A DNA stretch of 64,000 bases, from contig CBIHLF010000024.1 in assembly GCA_966210435.1 (NCBI GenBank), positions 8,166 through 72,165 of the forward strand, in the 5' to 3' direction. The notes under the pieces are model-generated. The model did no database searches. It was given only the letters and a program-made list of their open reading frames with translations, and had not been told where the DNA came from. Source of the DNA: an uncultured Pseudomonas sp. GTDB lineage: Bacteria > Pseudomonadota > Gammaproteobacteria > Pseudomonadales > Pseudomonadaceae. The position numbers and the translations under genes are program-made. This document shows, one piece after another, positions 8,428 through 17,695 of the stretch. Within the stretch, counting starts at the first letter, position 1, and each line of letters starts with the position of its first letter.

Positions 8428-8841
8428 TTAGACCCTGGCAATGGTCGCCAGGCCGGTTGCGATGATTTTCTCTTCGTTGTCACGCAGGGCGAATACATCG
8501 GCGCGGGCGACGACCTGGCGTTGCCCGGCCTTGATTACCGAGCTGCGGCAGATCAGCTTGTCGCCGATGGCCGGTGCCAGCAGATTGACCTTGTATTCGC
8601 TGGTTACCACGTCGCCGACCAGGCTGGCAGCCGCCCAGGCGCAGGCGCTATCGATCATGAAACCGACCACGGCGCCATGGACGAAGCCATGGTGTTGGGT
8701 CAGTTCCTGACGTGGCAGGACCTCGAGGGCGATGTGTCCGGGGCCGAAGTCGGTGAGCGCAAAGCCGATCATCTGAGCGAATGGCGAGTGTTCCAGCGCT
8801 TGTTCCAGGCGTTCGCGGGTCAAGGCAGTGGGCATGTCCAT
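8428..8841 (-). CDS. PaaI-family hotdog-fold thioesterase (137 aa)
   Basis: Track ORF 8428..9024 trimmed to MDMPTALTRERLEQALEHSPFAQMIGF. The core HGFVHGAVVGFMIDSACAWAA is typical of PaaI/YdiI thioesterases. Confidence 0.75.
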   Translation of the reverse strand: MDMPTALTRERLEQALEHSPFAQMIGFALTDFGPGHIALEVLPRQELTQHHGFVHGAVVGFMIDSACAWAAASLVGDVVTSEYKVNLLAPAIGDKLICRSSVIKAGQRQVVARADVFALRDNEEKIIATGLATIARV

Positions 8842-9001
8842 GGCGTCTCTCCGGCTAGGTGAACGCTCAGTCTTGGTCGCGCCTGGCGTTTCGGCAAATC
8901 CCATCCAGCGGCGTGATGGCCCGCTATCACCTGGCGCCTTGACTTGACCAGGCGCCTTCTCTAGCGTGCCCCGTTCATTCGCTGACCCCGGGAATTCAGG
9001 C

Positions 9002-9697
9002 ATGAGCGCCGCAGACAACGTCAAACTCGAAGCGGGCTGGAAACAGGCCCTGTGCGAAGAATTCGAAAAACCCTATATGAAGGAGTTGGGCGACTTTCTG
9101 CGAAGCGAGAAGGCCGCCGGCAAGGAAATCTATCCGCCGGGCCCATTGATCTTCAATGCGCTGAATTCGACACCGCTGGATCGGGTCAAGGTGGTGGTGA
9201 TCGGCCAGGACCCCTATCACGGCCCCGGCCAGGCCCATGGCCTGTGCTTTTCGGTGCAGCCGGGCGTAGCCACGCCGCCATCGCTCGGCAATATCTACAA
9301 GGAGCTCAAGCGCGACCTGAATATCGATATCGCCGCGCATGGCTGCCTGCAGCACTGGGCCGAGCAGGGTGTGTTGCTGCTCAACACCTCGCTGACCGTG
9401 GAGCGCGGCAATGCCGGCTCCCACGCGGGCAAGGGCTGGCAACTCTTTACCGACAAGGTGATCGAGGTGGTCAGCGAGCACTGCGAGCACCTGGTGTTTC
9501 TGCTCTGGGGCGCCCATGCGCAGGGTAAGGAGCGCCTGATCGACACCAGCAAGCATCTAGCGTTGCGCTCGCCGCATCCCTCGCCGTTGTCGGCGCATCG
9601 CGGCTTTATCGGCAATGGCCACTTCAGCCGCACCAATAAATTCCTCGAGCAGCACGGCATGACGCCGATCGACTGGCGCCTGCCGCCGCTGGATTGA
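9002..9697 (+). CDS. ung: uracil-DNA glycosylase
   Basis: Trimmed to [13 protein letters not shown] (ATG 9002). Family-1 UDG motifs [22 protein letters not shown] and [11 protein letters not shown]. Confidence 0.95.
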   Translation: MSAADNVKLEAGWKQALCEEFEKPYMKELGDFLRSEKAAGKEIYPPGPLIFNALNSTPLDRVKVVVIGQDPYHGPGQAHGLCFSVQPGVATPPSLGNIYKELKRDLNIDIAAHGCLQHWAEQGVLLLNTSLTVERGNAGSHAGKGWQLFTDKVIEVVSEHCEHLVFLLWGAHAQGKERLIDTSKHLALRSPHPSPLSAHRGFIGNGHFSRTNKFLEQHGMTPIDWRLPPLD

Positions 9698-9703
9698 GTG
9701 CTG

Positions 9704-10072
9704 CTAGCTCATCTTGAAGAACGCCAGCTTATTGCCGTCCGGGTCGCGCACATAAGCGCCGTAGAAGGTCGGCAGGCGCAAGCCCGGCGCGCCTTCATCG
9801 CTGGCACCGAGTTCAAGGGCCTTGGCGTACAGCTGGTCGACCAGTTCGCTGCTATCGGCGGTCAGGGCCACCATATTGCCGTTGCCTTGCTGCGCCACCT
9901 GGCCATCGTAGGGCAGGCAGACGCCGAACATGGGCTGGCCACGGCCGATGCCGAACAGTGCCAGGCGGCCCATGTCGATCACCAGCTTGGCGCCTAACAG
10001 GCCCAGCAGCTCGCCATAGAAGGCCTTGGCCTTGGTCATATCCTGGGTACCGACAGTTGTATAACCGATCAT
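9704..10072 (-). CDS. VOC/glyoxalase-family protein (122 aa)
   Basis: Trimmed to MIGYTTVGTQDMTKAKAFYGELLG. The C-terminal YGAYVRDPDGNKLAFF is typical of the glyoxalase/bleomycin-resistance fold. Confidence 0.75.
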   Translation of the reverse strand: MIGYTTVGTQDMTKAKAFYGELLGLLGAKLVIDMGRLALFGIGRGQPMFGVCLPYDGQVAQQGNGNMVALTADSSELVDQLYAKALELGASDEGAPGLRLPTFYGAYVRDPDGNKLAFFKMS

Positions 10073-10102
10073 TGTGCATGCTCCAGTTGGGATGGTCCGG
10101 CA

Positions 10103-10122
10103 GGCGCCAGTGCACTGGCGCC
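10103..10122. promoter_or_regulatory. perfect 20-bp palindrome GGCGCCAGTGCACTGGCGCC
   Basis: Read directly. It lies 31 nt upstream of the VOC gene ATG (10072, minus strand) and about 100 nt downstream of the lipoprotein gene stop (10226). Confidence 0.35.
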
Positions 10123-10225
10123 GGGGCGACAGCGAGCTTGCTCTATAAGGCTGGTCATTGTCGATGGCGGCGCACGTCGGCAATTGCGCCTGATCAGCGG
10201 CGTTTATGCGGCGGCTCGTTCGCCC

Positions 10226-11089
10226 TCAGTCGGCGGTAGGCGACGCGCAACGCTGTTCGCCGAGATCGTGGCGCAGATCGTTCAGGCGCTCGCTCAGGTG
10301 TTGGCGTTGTTCGCGGTCGGCTGCGACCAGCAGTTGGCTGAGCAGTCTGGCCGTTGCCTGGCGCGCGTTCGTGTAGGCCTGGCGAAAGGTCGCGTCATAG
10401 AAGTTGTCGCGATCCTGCAGCAGGCGGTGCAAGCGTGCGGCGAAGTCCGGGCTGCCGCGCGCCTGCAGCGCGGCGCGCAGCTCGTGTTGCAGGCGCAGGC
10501 GGTTATCCAGCCACAGGCTGTTGTACTCGCCGAGGGTCTCAGCCCAGGCCTTGATGTGGGCTTTCTGGCGATCGTTGAGCCGACCCAGCCAGGGGCGTAG
10601 GCGCTTTTCCAGGCGCTCCTGGCGTTCCTCTATCTGGATCGCCAGGGGCGGATCGAGCAACTTCTCGCGGGCTTCACGGTTGGTTTTTTCGAAGGTGGCG
10701 AACAGCTCGGCGACCTGCTTGTCGTCGAGGGATTGCAGCAGAGCGATGGCGGTCGGCGCGATTTCTCTGCCGATACGGGCAAAGGCGGCATCGATCTCGA
10801 TCAATTGCGCATCCAGTGCCTCTGCGGACGGCTCGGGCTGTTCGATGATGCGCTGGGTGCTTCTCAACCAGTCTAGGTAGTGTGGTAGCTCGCTGCTGCA
10901 GTGCCAGTGCAGGTGAGCATGCAGGCGCGGCTCAAGCCAGGCTTGCTGGTCGCGGTCGAGATCCAGGTAGCTGTCCAGGCGCCAGGGGATCAGCCAGTCG
11001 AGATTGCTATAGACCAGGGCAATGCGGCTGCAGGCTGCCAATGACAGGCCCAGGTACAACGCCAACAGCAGGCAGCGCAGCGGCGTCAT
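10226..11089 (-). CDS. lipoprotein of unknown function (DUF6279-like), 287 aa
   Basis: Trimmed to MTPLRCLLLALYLGLSLAACS (lipobox LAAC). Helical, Arg/Leu-rich. The family assignment comes from memory of the N-terminal motif ALVYSNLDWLIPWRLDSYLDL. Confidence 0.6.
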   Translation of the reverse strand: MTPLRCLLLALYLGLSLAACSRIALVYSNLDWLIPWRLDSYLDLDRDQQAWLEPRLHAHLHWHCSSELPHYLDWLRSTQRIIEQPEPSAEALDAQLIEIDAAFARIGREIAPTAIALLQSLDDKQVAELFATFEKTNREAREKLLDPPLAIQIEERQERLEKRLRPWLGRLNDRQKAHIKAWAETLGEYNSLWLDNRLRLQHELRAALQARGSPDFAARLHRLLQDRDNFYDATFRQAYTNARQATARLLSQLLVAADREQRQHLSERLNDLRHDLGEQRCASPTAD

Positions 11090-11170
11090 GGCGTTTCGTC
11101 CCGGCTGCGCTGGCGATGGTCGCGGGCCGTCGCCTGGGTTCACAGCGCCGAGACGGATAGAGAGGGTGTG

Positions 11171-11195
11171 GGCCAGCACCGCATAGGTGCTGGCC
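11171..11195 (-). terminator. 10-bp GC-rich hairpin GGCCAGCACC-gcata-GGTGCTGGCC just after the DUF4142 gene stop
   Basis: Perfect stem, 10 nt downstream of the stop at 11205. There is no U-tract on the minus strand, so it is only terminator-like. Confidence 0.4.
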
Positions 11196-11204
11196 AAATT
11201 ACTT

Positions 11205-11825
11205 TCAGCTACTGGTCTGCGGGGTGCCGCTGGCGCTCTTTTGTTTACCGCTGCTCTTGTTTTCACTGCTCTGGCGCTGGGGTTCATTCATCTCCTCATC
11301 GTTGCGTTGCTGCTTTTGACCGTGGGCGGCGACCAGCGCCCGGGCCTTCTGCAGATGCTCTTCGAGCGTCGGCAGGGTTTCCTTGGCGAAGGATTTGATC
11401 TCCTGGTCCTGGCCCTGCTGCGCGTAGTTGCGGAACAGCTCGATGGTGTCCTCGTGCGCCTGCACTTGATTGTTGGCGTAGGCCTCATCGAAGGACTCGC
11501 CTTCACGCAGCTTCAGGATCATCGTCTTGGCTTTGGCCATCAGGCTGGCATCGTCGGACATTTCCAAGCCTTTCTGCCTGGCCAGCTGCTTGAGCTTCTG
11601 ATTCGCCGCGCCGTGGTCGTCGATCATCAGCTGGGCGAAATCCTTGACGTCCTGGGACGTACTTTTCTTCAGCGCCATCTTGGCTGCTTCGATCTCCGCC
11701 AGGCCTTTGGCCGAGGCGTCTTCGACGAACTCCTCGGACGATTGCGCCGCCTGGGTCAATGCGGACGTCACGCTGAGGATCAGCGCAAGCACACCGGTAA
11801 AGAAGGCAGATATAAGTCGTTTCAT
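11205..11825 (-). CDS. DUF4142-domain periplasmic protein (206 aa)
   Basis: Trimmed to MKRLISAFFTGVLALILSVTSALTQA (signal peptide). The repeated pattern FVEDASAKGLAEIEAAKMAL...DFAQLMIDDHGAANQKL...FDEAYANNQVQAHEDTIELF is typical of DUF4142. Low-complexity polar C-tail. Confidence 0.65.
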   Translation of the reverse strand: MKRLISAFFTGVLALILSVTSALTQAAQSSEEFVEDASAKGLAEIEAAKMALKKSTSQDVKDFAQLMIDDHGAANQKLKQLARQKGLEMSDDASLMAKAKTMILKLREGESFDEAYANNQVQAHEDTIELFRNYAQQGQDQEIKSFAKETLPTLEEHLQKARALVAAHGQKQQRNDEEMNEPQRQSSENKSSGKQKSASGTPQTSS

Positions 11826-12030
11826 GTTCCATTTCTCCTGGTCTGGGTTACGGCCCTCGGCTGGCGTCGAAAGCGAAACGGTGTGCCAACCAGGCATGAG
11901 CGGCACATAAGGCGCCGGGTGCCGTAATTGCTGTGACTGGCCGCCAAAAGTTTGGGTTCAACCAAATTGGTCGAGCCCGCCGGCACTATCTGCTGGGCGG
12001 GCTGCCGGGCGGGCTGCCGCGCGGGAAGTG

Positions 12031-13065
12031 CTAGCGCTGGGGGCTGGTGCGCTGCCAAAGGCGGAACAGCGGCTCGGCGAGGAACATCACCAGAAACAGG
12101 CGCAATACCTGTAGCGCGGTGACCAGGGCGACCGACAGGTGCAGGGCCTCGGCGGTCAGGCACAACTCGGTGATGCCGCCGGGCATCATGCCGAGCATCA
12201 GGGCGCTGGGGTTTTCCGTCGTCAGCCAGGCGAGACCCTGACCGAGCGCCGCGGCGGCGAGCATGGCCAGCAGGCTGAACAGCAGAATGCGTGCGAGAAA
12301 GCTCGGCGCATTGCGAAAGAAGGCACGGTCGAAGTGGCAACCCAGTGCACTGCCGATCAGCCATTGCCCCACCTGGCCGGCGCCGCTGGGCAAACCGATG
12401 TGCAGATCGAATATGACGCTGGCGACGGCGCAGACCGTCAGTGGGCCGAGCATCCAGGGGTTGGGCTGGCCGAGTCTTTTCCACAGCAGGGCGAGCAGGG
12501 CGCCAGCCGGTAGCAGCACCGCCAGCCATGGCCAGTCGACCGCTGCTGGCGCCGGTGCGGCGACCGCCGGCAGGCTCCAGGCGAACAGTGCGGGAATCAG
12601 CAACACCACCAGCAGCAGGCGCAAACTATGGGCGGCCGCCACCTTGGCGGCTTCGGCATTGTGGCGCAGGGCCAGATTGACCATCTCGCTGGCGCCGCCG
12701 GGCATACTCGCGAAGAATGCGGTGGCGCGGTCGAGCCCGGCCCGACGCAGCAGCACGATGCCGATCAGGCTGAGCAGTAGGGTGCCGAATGCGCCTGCGA
12801 CCACCATGCCGAGGTGGCCGAGCAGCTCGCCCATTACGTCCGTGGTGAAGTGCAGACCAATGGCGCTGGCGACCAGCCATTGTCCGGCTTGGCGCCCACC
12901 CGGGACTTCGCTGACCAGCCAGCCGCTGCAGCGCGCGGCGATCACCGCCAGCAGCGAGCCGATGATCCAGGGCAAGGGCCAGCCAATCAGGCTGGCCAGG
13001 TAGCCGCCGGCCAGGCCGATCAGCGGCGTGGCCAGCCAGCGCGGCACGTTATTCGCTCGCGGCAA
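12031..13065 (-). CDS. AbrB-family (putative ammonia-monooxygenase-like) integral membrane protein (344 aa)
   Basis: Polytopic hydrophobic protein with an internal duplication (GWPLPWIIGSLL... / GQPNPWMLGPLT...). Its start lies 1 nt from the tctA stop. Confidence 0.7.
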   Translation of the reverse strand: MPRANNVPRWLATPLIGLAGGYLASLIGWPLPWIIGSLLAVIAARCSGWLVSEVPGGRQAGQWLVASAIGLHFTTDVMGELLGHLGMVVAGAFGTLLLSLIGIVLLRRAGLDRATAFFASMPGGASEMVNLALRHNAEAAKVAAAHSLRLLLVVLLIPALFAWSLPAVAAPAPAAVDWPWLAVLLPAGALLALLWKRLGQPNPWMLGPLTVCAVASVIFDLHIGLPSGAGQVGQWLIGSALGCHFDRAFFRNAPSFLARILLFSLLAMLAAAALGQGLAWLTTENPSALMLGMMPGGITELCLTAEALHLSVALVTALQVLRLFLVMFLAEPLFRLWQRTSPQR

Positions 13066-13066
13066 T

Positions 13067-14575
13067 TCAGGCGCTGGCCAGCTGTGCGGCGCGGCGCGAA
13101 CGCCACCAGCGCACGCCCGGCAGTGCCAGCATCAGTGCGGTCAGGGCCCACAGGCTCAGGCTGATCGGACTGTGCCAGAGAATCGCCAGGTCGCCGGCGG
13201 AGATCGACAGGGCGCGGCGCAGGTTGTCTTCCATCAGCTCGCCGAGGACGAAGCCGAGGATCAACGCCGACAGCGGGAAATCCAGCTTGCGCAGCAGATA
13301 GCCGAACACCCCGAGGCCCACCATCAGCACCAGGTCGAAGGTGGTGCTGTGCACCGCATAGACGCCGACCATGCTGATCGCGGTGATCGCCGGCACCAGT
13401 ACCCAGTTGGGCACGCTGAGCATGCGGGCGAACAGGCCGACCAGGGGGATGTTCATCACCAGCAGGATCACATTGCCGATAAACAGCGAGGCGATCAGGC
13501 CCCAGACCACATCCGGCTGCTGTTCGAACAACAGTGGTCCGGGGGTGATGTTGTACAGCGTCAATGCGCCGATCATCACCGCAGTGGTGCCGGAACCCGG
13601 TACGCCGAGGGTCAGCATGGGGATCAGCGAGCCGCAGGCCGAGGCGTTGTTCGCCGCTTCCGGTGCCGCCAGACCGCGCAGGTCGCCTTCGCCGAATGTG
13701 CCGTTGGCGCCGGCCATGCGCTTCTCGCTCATGTAGGTCATGGCGCTGGCGATGGTCGCACCGGCGCCGGGCAGGGTGCCGATGACGAACCCGGCGATGG
13801 CGCTGCGCACCATGGTCCAGAAGGTGAAGCAGAATTCCTTGAAGTTGAACAGCAGACGGCCGCTGGCTTTCACCGCCTTCTGTCCGCTGTGGGTTTTTTC
13901 CAGCATCAGCAGCACTTCGCTGACGCTGAAGAAGCCGATCACCACAATCACGAACTGGATGCCGTCGGACAGGCTGACGCTGCCGAAGGTGAAACGGTAC
14001 ACGCCGGTAGTGGAGTCCACGCCGACGGTCGCCAGGGCCAGGCCGATCAGGGCGGCCATCAGGGTTTTCATCGGTTTGTCGCCGACCATGCCGCCGAGGC
14101 AGGCGATGGCGAAGATCATCAGCACGAAATATTCGGCAGGGCCGAAGGCCACCGCCCATTTCGCCAGCAGCGGCGCAAATAGCACCACGCCGCAGGTGGC
14201 GATGATGCTGCCGATAAACGAACTGACCGCCGACAGCGACAGGGCGATACCGGCCTTGCCCTGGCGCGCCAGTGGGTAGCCGTCGAGGGTGGTCATCACC
14301 GCGGCGGCGTCGCCCGGTACGTTGAGCAGGATCGCCGAGATGCGTCCGCCGTACTCGCAGCCGAGGTACACGGCGGCCAGCAGGATCAGGGCGGTTTCCG
14401 GCGGCAGGCCGAGGGCGAAGGCCAGCGGCAGCAGCAGGGCTACGCCGTTGATCGGGCCGAGGCCCGGCAGCAGGCCGACGATGGTGCCGACGAAAGCGCC
14501 AAACAGCGCCACCAGCAGGTTGGCGGGCCGGGTGGCGACATCGAAGCCATGCAGCAAGAAATTAAGGGTTTCCAT
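13067..14575 (-). CDS. tctA: tripartite tricarboxylate transporter large permease
   Basis: Trimmed to METLNFLLHGFDVA. Typical TctA N-terminus GAFVGTIVGLLPGLGPINGVALLLP. About 500 aa and polytopic. Confidence 0.9.
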   Translation of the reverse strand: METLNFLLHGFDVATRPANLLVALFGAFVGTIVGLLPGLGPINGVALLLPLAFALGLPPETALILLAAVYLGCEYGGRISAILLNVPGDAAAVMTTLDGYPLARQGKAGIALSLSAVSSFIGSIIATCGVVLFAPLLAKWAVAFGPAEYFVLMIFAIACLGGMVGDKPMKTLMAALIGLALATVGVDSTTGVYRFTFGSVSLSDGIQFVIVVIGFFSVSEVLLMLEKTHSGQKAVKASGRLLFNFKEFCFTFWTMVRSAIAGFVIGTLPGAGATIASAMTYMSEKRMAGANGTFGEGDLRGLAAPEAANNASACGSLIPMLTLGVPGSGTTAVMIGALTLYNITPGPLLFEQQPDVVWGLIASLFIGNVILLVMNIPLVGLFARMLSVPNWVLVPAITAISMVGVYAVHSTTFDLVLMVGLGVFGYLLRKLDFPLSALILGFVLGELMEDNLRRALSISAGDLAILWHSPISLSLWALTALMLALPGVRWWRSRRAAQLASA

Positions 14576-14576
14576 T

Positions 14577-15020
14577 TCAGCTCTCCACAAAGGCTTCGAA
14601 CAGGCCGAGCGGTAGCGGCACATCCAGCAAATAGTCGAACAACAGATAGAGCAATACGCCCATCAACAGCGCACTGATCGCGCAATGCAGCGGCCGACCG
14701 GCAAACAGCAGGCCCAGAACGAAGGTGGCGAGACTGGTGGCGAGGACGAAACCGAGGGTTTCGAACAGCAGCGCATAGGCCAGCAACGCCAGTACGCAGA
14801 GCCCGGCGCGCATTGCCGCGGCTGTGTTCAGGCGTTGCGCGGAGTGACCGGGTTTGACCACCAGCCAGGCGCTACCCGCGGCCATCAAGCCCAGCAACAG
14901 CAACGGGTAGGCCCGCGGACCCACCGGGTCGTAGGCGAAGGGAGCCTGGAAGCCCCAGGCGAGAACGGCGAGACCGGCGCATAAAAGCAGCCAGCTCGCG
15001 GCAAACAGGCGGACGTACAT
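14577..15020 (-). CDS. tctB: tripartite tricarboxylate transporter small permease
   Basis: 147-aa four-TM protein lying between tctC and tctA. Confidence 0.8.
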   Translation of the reverse strand: MYVRLFAASWLLLCAGLAVLAWGFQAPFAYDPVGPRAYPLLLLGLMAAGSAWLVVKPGHSAQRLNTAAAMRAGLCVLALLAYALLFETLGFVLATSLATFVLGLLFAGRPLHCAISALLMGVLLYLLFDYLLDVPLPLGLFEAFVES

Positions 15021-15074
15021 GACGGATTACCTTGTCGAGGGTCAGGCGGGACCGGGGAGCCGGGCCCGCAGGTA

Positions 15075-15114
15075 GGGTCGCACCGCAATGCAGCCAGCCT
15101 GCACGGTGCGACCC
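15075..15114. repeat. REP-like long hairpin GGGTCGCACCG-N18-CGGTGCGACCC between tctC and tctB
   Basis: 11-bp perfect arms with an inner TGCAG/CTGCA stem. The flanks (GTAGGG... / ...CCCATC) resemble the other REP units. Confidence 0.6.
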
Positions 15115-15129
15115 ATCCCGGGCGGGGTG

Positions 15130-16110
15130 TTACTCCCGCATCAAGCCGAATGCATCAGCCAGCACCTTGTACTCTTCGACCTGCTTGAAGACGAAGTCCT
15201 TGAGCTCGTCGCCGGTCATCGACAACGGCAGCAGGTCACGCTGTTCACGCAGCTTGGCGAAGTCCTCGCTGGCCAGCAGGGTATCGAACTGCTGTTTCCA
15301 CCAGTTGTATTGTTCGTCGCTGACCTCCGGGCCGACATAGAAGCCGCGGATCACCGGCCAGCTGATGTCGTAACCCTGCTCCTTGGCGGTGGGGATATCG
15401 CCGAGTTTGCCTGGCAGGCGCTCGTCGGACAGTACCGCGAGGATGCGCACCTTCTTCGCTTCCAGTTGCGGGGTAACTTCACCAAGGCCGCTGCTGGTCA
15501 CCTGCACGTGGCCGCCGAGCATGGCGGTGAGGGTTTCGCCGCCGCCTTCGAAGGCTACGTAGCGCAGGTTTTTCGGATCGATGCCGGCGAGGCGGGCGAT
15601 CAGCGCGGTCTGCATCCAGTCCTGGCCACCGATGGTGGCGCCGGCGCCGAAGACGATGCTCGACGGGTCCTTCTTCAGCGCTTGCACCAGATCATCGAGG
15701 TTCTGGTAGGGCGAATCGGCGCGCACGGTGATGGCGCCGTAGTCGGTGCCGATACCGGCCAGCCAGCGCACCGCGGTTTCGTCGTAACGACCGAATTTGC
15801 CTTGCGCGAGGTTGAGCAGCGAACCGCTGGAGAACGCGATGATGGTGCCCGGATCGTCGGCACGCTGGGCCACGACCGCGTTATAGGCGACCGCGCCAAC
15901 GCCGCCGGGCATATAGGTGACGCGCATCGGCGATTTCAGCAGGCCGCTGTCTTTCAGGCCGCTTTGCGCCAGTTTGCAGGTCAGGTCGAAGCCACCGCCC
16001 GGCTTGGCCGGGGCAATGCATTCGGGGCGTTTCGGTTCGGCAGCGAGCAATTGGCCGGCGAAGGCCAGGCAGGCGGTGGCCAGGGCGATGCGGGTAAAGG
16101 CAAGTTTCAT
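15130..16110 (-). CDS. tctC: tripartite tricarboxylate transporter substrate-binding protein
   Basis: Trimmed to MKLAFTRIALATACLAFAGQLLA (signal peptide). Bug/TctC family features: PGGGFDLTCK, MPGGVGAVAYN. Confidence 0.9.
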   Translation of the reverse strand: MKLAFTRIALATACLAFAGQLLAAEPKRPECIAPAKPGGGFDLTCKLAQSGLKDSGLLKSPMRVTYMPGGVGAVAYNAVVAQRADDPGTIIAFSSGSLLNLAQGKFGRYDETAVRWLAGIGTDYGAITVRADSPYQNLDDLVQALKKDPSSIVFGAGATIGGQDWMQTALIARLAGIDPKNLRYVAFEGGGETLTAMLGGHVQVTSSGLGEVTPQLEAKKVRILAVLSDERLPGKLGDIPTAKEQGYDISWPVIRGFYVGPEVSDEQYNWWKQQFDTLLASEDFAKLREQRDLLPLSMTGDELKDFVFKQVEEYKVLADAFGLMRE

Positions 16111-16139
16111 GATGGATTCCTCTCGATTGTTATTGTGGG

Positions 16140-17405
16140 TTACCAAACCGGCAGTGTGTAGCCGACGATCACGCGGTTCTCGTCCGCATCGCGGGCGAAG
16201 TCGGAATGAAAGCTGGCGTTGCGCAGGCGTACATAGAGGTTCTTCGCCGGTCCGTTCTGCACTACGTATTTGAACTCGATGTCGCGTTCCCATTCGCCGC
16301 CGTGTTGGTCGCTGCCGGCGATCTCGGCGTCGTCACCGCTGACATAGCGGGTGAGGAAACTCAGGCCGGGTAAACCGAGGCTGGCGAAGTTGTAGTCGTA
16401 ACGGGCCTGCCAGGAGCGTTCGTCGGGGTTGGCGAAGTCGTTGATCTGCACGAAGTTGACCAGGTAGGGATCGCTACCGTCGATATAGGCGTAGCCGGTG
16501 TCGCCGCTCATTTTCTGGTAGGCGAGGGTCAGCTTGTGGCCGCTATGGGCATAGCTGAGCATGCCGTTCAGTGCGCGGTTGTCGACTTTGCCGGCATTCG
16601 CCGCGCCGCTGTCGTCGTTGATCATCAGGCGCAGGTCGGCGGCCAGGGTGCCGCCGGCGAGCGCTTGGGTGGCCAGCAGGTTGAAGAAATTCTGCCGGTA
16701 GATATCGTCCAGCTCGGCATAGAAGTAGCGGCCTTTCAGGTTCTTGCTGAACTGGTAGTCGAAGCCGGCCAGGTCCAGGTGATCAGCCGTCACGCCGCCG
16801 GTGTAACGCCTGTTCTTGCTATTGAGTACCAGGTCTTCGGAGTTGGTCGAGGCGCGGTCGATGACCTTGTCCAGGCGTCCGCCGGTGAAGGTCAGGCCGT
16901 CGAGCTCAGCGGAGGTCAGTAGCCCGCCCTCGAATACCTGTGGCAGCAGACGGCTGTCGCTGGCCTTGACCACTGGCAGTTCGGGGATGTGCGAGCCGTA
17001 GCGGAATTCGGTCTGCGAGGCTTTGATCTTGGCGGTCAGGCCGAGGCGGCCGAAGGTGTCCGGAGTGCCGCCATCATCTTGGACCGGAAACAGGTCGGTG
17101 CCGGTGCGGCCGCCGCCCGAGTCGAACTTGACGCCGAGCAGGCCGAGGGCGTCGAGACCGAATCCGACGGTGCCTTCGGTGTAACCGGACTGGATGTCGA
17201 GCCAGAAACCCTGCCCCCATTCCTCGCGCTTGTTCTGGCTACTGCCTTCACGGAAGTCGCGGTTCAGGTAGATGTTGGTGGTGGTCAGGCTGGCGCTGCT
17301 GTCTTCGACGAAAGCAGCCTGGGCTGCAGGCGCGAGCAATGCCGCGGCGACGGCTAGACTAAGCAGGTGTACAGGCGACAATGCCTGGCGTGAGGCGTCG
17401 AGCAT
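16140..17405 (-). CDS. opdH: OprD-family substrate-specific porin (OpdH-like, tricarboxylate-associated)
   Basis: Trimmed to MLDASRQALSPVHLLSLAVAAALLAPAAQA. OprD-family N-terminus FVEDSSASLTTTNIYLNRDFR. C-terminal aromatic residue (W). Located upstream of tctCBA, as in P. aeruginosa. Confidence 0.85.
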   Translation of the reverse strand: MLDASRQALSPVHLLSLAVAAALLAPAAQAAFVEDSSASLTTTNIYLNRDFREGSSQNKREEWGQGFWLDIQSGYTEGTVGFGLDALGLLGVKFDSGGGRTGTDLFPVQDDGGTPDTFGRLGLTAKIKASQTEFRYGSHIPELPVVKASDSRLLPQVFEGGLLTSAELDGLTFTGGRLDKVIDRASTNSEDLVLNSKNRRYTGGVTADHLDLAGFDYQFSKNLKGRYFYAELDDIYRQNFFNLLATQALAGGTLAADLRLMINDDSGAANAGKVDNRALNGMLSYAHSGHKLTLAYQKMSGDTGYAYIDGSDPYLVNFVQINDFANPDERSWQARYDYNFASLGLPGLSFLTRYVSGDDAEIAGSDQHGGEWERDIEFKYVVQNGPAKNLYVRLRNASFHSDFARDADENRVIVGYTLPVW

Positions 17406-17501
17406 CTGGTGGTCTCCGTTGTTGTTTTTGTCGCGGCTACGCACCACTGCGCCAGCCGCTCGGTCGATGGGTCGAGCCATCTGAAATCGATCCTAGGAGG
17501 T

Positions 17502-17522
17502 CAAGCTTTCACCAAGCTTTCA
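17502..17522. promoter_or_regulatory. tandem direct repeat CAAGCTTTCA-c-CAAGCTTTCA (11-bp period), a candidate TctD (OmpR-family) box
   Basis: Perfect 10-mer duplicated in the opdH/tctD divergent intergenic region, 97-117 nt upstream of the opdH ATG. Confidence 0.4.
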
Positions 17523-17695
17523 GTGCTGAAAAAAAACGCCTGGAGCGTTTTTTGACGTTGCCTGCGCCGGCCCGCAGGGTGTGAGCCTGGGATGGCAGGC
17601 CAGAAAGTTTTTCCCAGGTGCCGGCTTGCCCATTCACAGGGCGCGGCGCGCCTGTACACTGCTCGACGCATTCGAGAGCAAGGTGGGAGATAGCC

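Noticed and set aside
11996-12019. Tandem duplication GGGCGGGCTGCC x2 downstream of the AbrB-family gene (checked as a possible VNTR or CRISPR-like repeat)
   Set aside because: Only two short copies with no spacers. It is part of a GC-rich hairpin region (GCCCGCC...GGCGGGC). There is no array structure anywhere in the window.
13028-14182. 384-aa plus-strand ORF (and 13020..14159 minus) overlapping tctA
   Set aside because: Shadow frames of the tctA gene. Their composition (runs of H, Q, R, G, D) is not protein-like, whereas the TctA frame gives a canonical polytopic permease.
17531-17553. AAAAAACGC-ctgga-GCGTTTTTT read as a genuine intrinsic terminator
   Set aside because: Only three G-C pairs, with the rest A-U. 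It lies between divergent promoters with no upstream gene to terminate. I kept it only as a curiosity within the tct control-region finding.
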